A stretch of DNA of 64,000 bases from a virus. Below, one piece after another: positions 60,480 through 64,000 of this stretch. The stretch spans positions 1 through 64,000 of IMG/VR virus record IMGVR_UViG_3300031718_000005, one strand, 5' to 3'. The number at the start of each line of letters is the position of its first letter. Position 1 is the stretch's first letter. The translations under genes were made by a program, and so were the position numbers. The notes below the pieces were generated by a model. That model ran no database searches and was not told where the DNA came from. It was given only the letters and a program-made list of their open reading frames with translations.

Positions 60480-60859
60480 AACAAGAACTGGAAGAACATG
60501 CACGAGAGATGCGGTCACGCCCAGGTGGAACAAAGCAGGGCCGAAGGCTAGATCCGCGCATCTACCGGCGCGAAATACAACCTACAGTTTATCGCTGTGG
60601 ATTCGACCCAAATGGCAAAAGCCTGAAAACTGTAGTGGATCACTGGGAACATTGCCACTCGCGCCAATGTCGTGAGTCCAACGCAAACTACAAGCGGTTT
60701 AAATTTCAGATCAAGCTCAAGTACGGGAATTTAGTTTCTCGCGGCGTGCTTCGAGTGCGGCTAGCTTCATGCCAGCTTCAATCACAGCCAAGTATGGCAC
60801 GGCGAATGCGGTACGACGCCCCTTCTGTCGGATTAGGAGCTCGTATGGTTCAAGCGTGA
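60476..60859 (+). CDS. possible Cys/His protein; 3' part doubtful
   Basis: GTGA coupling. The first ~80 codons look protein-like (CGFDPNGKSL...HWEHCHSRQC). The remainder overlaps a convergent gene. Confidence 0.3.
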   Translation: MKQELEEHAREMRSRPGGTKQGRRLDPRIYRREIQPTVYRCGFDPNGKSLKTVVDHWEHCHSRQCRESNANYKRFKFQIKLKYGNLVSRGVLRVRLASCQLQSQPSMARRMRYDAPSVGLGARMVQA

Positions 60860-60935
60860 CGATCAGCGGTTTCCCACGGTAGACGGCGCTGGTTTCGGCA
60901 CGGGATACGGTTTTTCTTTCAGCTAGGCGAGTCAT
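60717..60935 (-). CDS. hypothetical protein
   Basis: 72 aa from the ATGA-coupled ATG. Confidence 0.5.
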   Translation of the reverse strand: MTRLAERKTVSRAETSAVYRGKPLIVTLEPYELLIRQKGRRTAFAVPYLAVIEAGMKLAALEARREKLNSRT

Positions 60936-61147
60936 GATTGCACCTCGCATGCTGGGCATGGCCTGCCGTTTGGTGCTTCGATAATCGTCTCAGGTGTGTA
61001 CGGAACACCAGCGGTAGACTCGCGCATTCTACGGATGACAATGTGGCCGCAACCCGTGCGAACCTTGTATGGCTGCGTGGAACCGACCATAAAAGTATCG
61101 GCCAACAGTTCGCGCATGAAGCGGTCAGAAGGTAGGTTGTCAGGCAT
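60932..61147 (-). CDS. small Cys/His protein
   Basis: 71 aa with GCGH ... CPAC. Confidence 0.45.
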   Translation of the reverse strand: MPDNLPSDRFMRELLADTFMVGSTQPYKVRTGCGHIVIRRMRESTAGVPYTPETIIEAPNGRPCPACEVQS

Positions 61148-61466
61148 GTTGGTTTACCCTCATCGTGCCGAGAGTCGTATACAGCCCGGTAACGTCGGTA
61201 AAAAAGCGCTGGAGATCGTCAAAGTACACATCATCGAGCGTACGCACTGGAACCGCTTCCATGTTGCGGCAGCGGAGGAATTCCATTGTGTAGGTGTCGG
61301 ACGGCTCCAGCGTGATTCGCAAGTGTGAAGCTCCGGCACTATTGCGCCTGAGTTTCATGGTTAGCGCATTCTCCGAGCCGATCAGGTTGTAACTTCCGGT
61401 CATTGCGAGAAAACGCCTTCCGCCTAACTGTTCCAGAATCGTATTAGCAACTTGTAGATCAGCCAT
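61140..61466 (-). CDS. hypothetical protein
   Basis: 108 aa starting MADLQVANTILEQLGG. The ATG lies 2 nt after the upstream stop. Confidence 0.5.
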   Translation of the reverse strand: MADLQVANTILEQLGGRRFLAMTGSYNLIGSENALTMKLRRNSAGASHLRITLEPSDTYTMEFLRCRNMEAVPVRTLDDVYFDDLQRFFTDVTGLYTTLGTMRVNQHA

Positions 61467-61468
61467 GT

Positions 61469-62281
61469 TTAGTTCACCTCCACTTCGCCAGCTAGTTCTT
61501 GAGCCTTGGCGATTGTGCCGGAGTTGCGGTAGGCCTGCCACGCGCCGATAGTTGGCGACCAGCGGAAGCCGGAAGACTTTAGCGAAGTACGAACCTCGGC
61601 AGATGGCTTGCCGGGGAAGAACAGCCTTACGCGGTTATCAGCGGGGCAATCCTCAAGGCGTGCGTTGCTCCGCTCGGTAACTGTTTCTTCCGTGGCTTGA
61701 TTGCGCGAGACTCCCTCTAGCCGTAGCTTCATGCGCCGAATGTTCGCGTTGTTGTTGATTAGCTCGTAATCGGCAAAGCCAATGCGTCCGCAGAAGTCAG
61801 GCTCTAACAGTTTGCGTGCGATCGCGTCCGGTAGGCCAAAGGCCATTATTGCGGTGACTTGAGCCTCGATTCCAGCGGCCTTATGCTTGCGAATAGCCGC
61901 GTTTACACCGCGCATTTGCTCCTGGTGCTTTTCGGCCTTGGAGATCTTTTCGCGCAAGCGCTGCGTTGCGTCCGAGTCGCCCGACATGATCGGCCTGAGT
62001 TCGGGATGCAGCGCCTTACGCATCGCTGCTTTGGCACGTCCCAAGAAATCCAACAGGTCTTCCCGGCGCTTATCAACAACCCTATTACGTTTCTCCATCC
62101 GTCGCGATGGGAAGTTTGAAGGACCGGCAATTATGACACTGTAGGTTCGCGACTGGCTCGCGAGATAAGCCCGATACCGCTTGGCGTACCCATCGCGGAA
62201 ACGTGCGAACTCTTCATTAAGCGTGGCCTGTTTCTCTGGTGTGGTCGCATCGGCTAGAAGCTCGGCATAGATCCCGACCAT
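61469..62281 (-). CDS. DUF3560-like protein
   Basis: C-terminal VRLFFPGKPSAEVRTSLKSSGFRWSPTIGAWQAY. Motif-level match only. Confidence 0.5.
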   Translation of the reverse strand: MVGIYAELLADATTPEKQATLNEEFARFRDGYAKRYRAYLASQSRTYSVIIAGPSNFPSRRMEKRNRVVDKRREDLLDFLGRAKAAMRKALHPELRPIMSGDSDATQRLREKISKAEKHQEQMRGVNAAIRKHKAAGIEAQVTAIMAFGLPDAIARKLLEPDFCGRIGFADYELINNNANIRRMKLRLEGVSRNQATEETVTERSNARLEDCPADNRVRLFFPGKPSAEVRTSLKSSGFRWSPTIGAWQAYRNSGTIAKAQELAGEVEVN

Positions 62282-62402
62282 AGTTTCAGCGTATCCAGCA
62301 CGCGAAATCGTTCATAATGAGAGTAGACATTAAAAGCTCCATTCTTTGAGTGGTTACGGGCCTGTGTTGGCGCTAACCAGCACTCGCCCGGTGTTTACCG
62401 GT

Positions 62403-62600
62403 TTAGGCTTTCGCCAAAGTCTTACGGTTCTCCACGAGCCGCGAGGCTTCGATCCACACTTGACCGCAACCGGCGACTGGCTCGACAAGCAGGCGGAAGC
62501 GCCCGTAGCTCGTCTTAGTCTCGATTACCTTGCAGTCGATTATGAATACTCCAGCTTTCACCAACACCAGATCGCCAGCGGTGTGTTGTGTGTTGCTCAT
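62403..62600 (-). CDS. hypothetical protein
   Basis: 65 aa. Confidence 0.45.
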   Translation of the reverse strand: MSNTQHTAGDLVLVKAGVFIIDCKVIETKTSYGRFRLLVEPVAGCGQVWIEASRLVENRKTLAKA

Positions 62601-62737
62601 AGAAGCGGCTCCGCAAGTTTGTTAAGCTTGTAGCAGGCACGGGTAACGTCGGCAATGATAAAGTCGCGCATGGAGCGGTTACCGGCATCTGTAGCGGCGG
62701 CGTGGACTAGGCGGTATGTTGGTTTGATCGTGTTCAT
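62597..62737 (-). CDS. small hypothetical protein (46 aa)
   Basis: ATGA overlaps at both ends. Hand-translated MNTIKPTYRLVHAAATDAGN... Confidence 0.35.
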   Translation of the reverse strand: MNTIKPTYRLVHAAATDAGNRSMRDFIIADVTRACYKLNKLAEPLL

Positions 62738-63141
62738 GCGGACACCTCGACCACGGCAACCAAGCTCTTGATATTATTCAATTCTCTTTTGGCCAAGCGC
62801 ATGACGGCCTTAATTGCGCTCTGTGGAGTCCTTCCGTCACCAACCCACCTGCCGCCAGGAAAATCTCTGGATTCACTCAAGAAAGCGTGGTAGCCCAAAC
62901 CGCATGGATCGAGCGGGTAAACCTTGAGGTGGCCGGTTGAGTCGGTAGCGCCGTAGTGCCAGCCAATATTTTCCCACACACGCGCTACCCAACCTTTGCC
63001 CAGCGATTTAACCAACGCGGCGGCATCGGCACTGGCCTGCTGGTATTCAGCCCATGTACAGTCACCACCGCAAGCGGGAGCGCAGTAAATCTTGCCTCGC
63101 CTGACAGCGTTCCAGGATAACTCTGTTCGTTTGCTTTTCAT
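62734..63141 (-). CDS. hypothetical protein
   Basis: 135 aa. Confidence 0.5.
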   Translation of the reverse strand: MKSKRTELSWNAVRRGKIYCAPACGGDCTWAEYQQASADAAALVKSLGKGWVARVWENIGWHYGATDSTGHLKVYPLDPCGLGYHAFLSESRDFPGGRWVGDGRTPQSAIKAVMRLAKRELNNIKSLVAVVEVSA

Positions 63142-63182
63142 CTCAGTTTCCTTTCGTTAGTTGATTAGTGCTCTGCTTGCCT

Positions 63183-64000
63183 TCATAAATTCCTTACGAT
63201 CTCATCCCAGTTATCCGAAACCTGTTCGAGTCGTGCCTTGGCGTCGTTCTCGCGCTCCACGGCTGCTTCCCAAGCCTCTACGTCGCGCAGGGCGAACACC
63301 TCGTCACGAATCAGCGTGTTCAGCACAGAAGGTTCCAGGGCGTCTAGTTCCCACGATTCGTCGCCATACTCGTTGATGTACCCAGCAGCGCGGCTATCGG
63401 TGATCTTCGCCGGATTCGGCGGCGGTTCGTACTCGCGCACCTGGTTCATGTTGAGCGCGATACGGTTGATGACCTTGCCAACCTTGCGCGGGCTGATACC
63501 GTTCAGGTGATGACGAATGAACAGCGAAACGCGATCCTCAATATCGCGCGTCATGTCGATGCCGCTAGGATCGTGGTCGCCAAGGTGGATGATATTAACC
63601 CGCTTGCCTTGCTGTACTTTCTTCAGCAGGCGCATACCGGCGACCCACATTTCAGATTGCGAAGTGTAGCCACGGCAGGAGAAGTACGGAACGTCGAGCG
63701 GTTCGCAGGCGACTTGCAGCACGCCCACAAGCGCATCTTTTTCAACCCACACCTCGACGTAGTTGGTTTGCGTGCTCCACTTGTCATGCTGGAACTGCGA
63801 AGCGCAGGCGGCAACAATATCTTTCGGCGAATCCCAATGAGCGTTCTTACGCAGGTTTCGCGTACGGTCTGTGATGTGGTCCCAATCAACCAATCCGGCG
63901 AGACGCGCATCGTTGATGGTCGAACCGAGACGCTTATACTCAGAGTCTTTGTTGGCAATCAACCCACGGCTGACGAACTGGTAGTAAAGCTGACGAAGCG
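63183..64000 (-). CDS. Toprim/Topo-VI-A-like domain protein, N-terminus beyond the window
   Basis: VWVEKDAL...FSCRGYTS...VNIIHLGDHDPSGIDM...ELDAL. The frame stays open to nt 64000 (LRQLYYQFVSRG precedes the TTG at 63962). Confidence 0.45.
   Translation of the reverse strand, partial: LRQLYYQFVSRGLIANKDSEYKRLGSTINDARLAGLVDWDHITDRTRNLRKNAHWDSPKDIVAACASQFQHDKWSTQTNYVEVWVEKDALVGVLQVACEPLDVPYFSCRGYTSQSEMWVAGMRLLKKVQQGKRVNIIHLGDHDPSGIDMTRDIEDRVSLFIRHHLNGISPRKVGKVINRIALNMNQVREYEPPPNPAKITDSRAAGYINEYGDESWELDALEPSVLNTLIRDEVFALRDVEAWEAAVERENDAKARLEQVSDNWDEIVRNL

Noticed and set aside
1-64000. Prophage boundaries, integrase and att sites.
   Set aside because: I found no tyrosine or serine recombinase motifs, no flanking host genes and no long terminal direct repeats by eye. 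The window seems to lie entirely inside the element.

Overview
The whole window reads as one stretch of a tailed-phage or prophage genome, roughly 55-60% GC by eye. I found no host housekeeping genes, rRNA, convincing tRNA, CRISPR array, integrase or att site, so free phage versus prophage cannot be decided here. Genes are tightly packed, with many ATGA/GTGA/TTGA stop-start overlaps and frequent GTG/TTG starts.

Layout:
- 1-4.4 kb: small genes, mostly Cys4 zinc-ribbon type.
- 4.4-13.5 kb: large terminase, portal, scaffold-like protein and major capsid candidate.
- 13.5-14.9 kb: minus-strand HNH endonuclease island.
- 14.9-31.5 kb: virion, tail and ejection-type proteins, many low-complexity or internally repeated.
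- 31.5-40.2 kb: fibre/adhesin-like proteins, six of which have Sec-type signal peptides. This block includes a DUF2341/LamG protein, a tail fibre, an Ig protein and an FN3 fragment interrupted by an endonuclease VII cassette.
- 40.7-43.2 kb: PhyH-like oxygenase and a cluster of membrane proteins.
- 43.3-47.5 kb: leftward operon headed by a leaderless RHH regulator.
- 47.6-60.5 kb: rightward early operon. It carries ERF, a YqaJ exonuclease, RusA, two DNA methyltransferases, an HNH nuclease, DUF4326 and a pentapeptide-repeat protein.
- 60.7-64.0 kb: leftward operon with DUF3560 and a Toprim-like protein cut by the window edge.

I could not recognise a small terminase, endolysin, DNA polymerase or primase.

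Most unusual signals:
1. A ~300-nt non-coding, G/T-skewed tract (49062-49360) with GG phased every 5 nt.
2. Immediately downstream, a pentapeptide-repeat gene built from 28 tandem 15-nt units that differ at only three nucleotide positions.
3. A 467-nt ORF-free, hairpin-rich region (44822-45288).
4. Signal peptides on six fibre-like proteins.
5. HiPIP-like Cys4 modules flanking the terminase and portal genes.
6. A degenerate or permuted histidine-phosphatase fold in the ejection-protein block.

All family names are motif-level recognition by eye. No database search was run.
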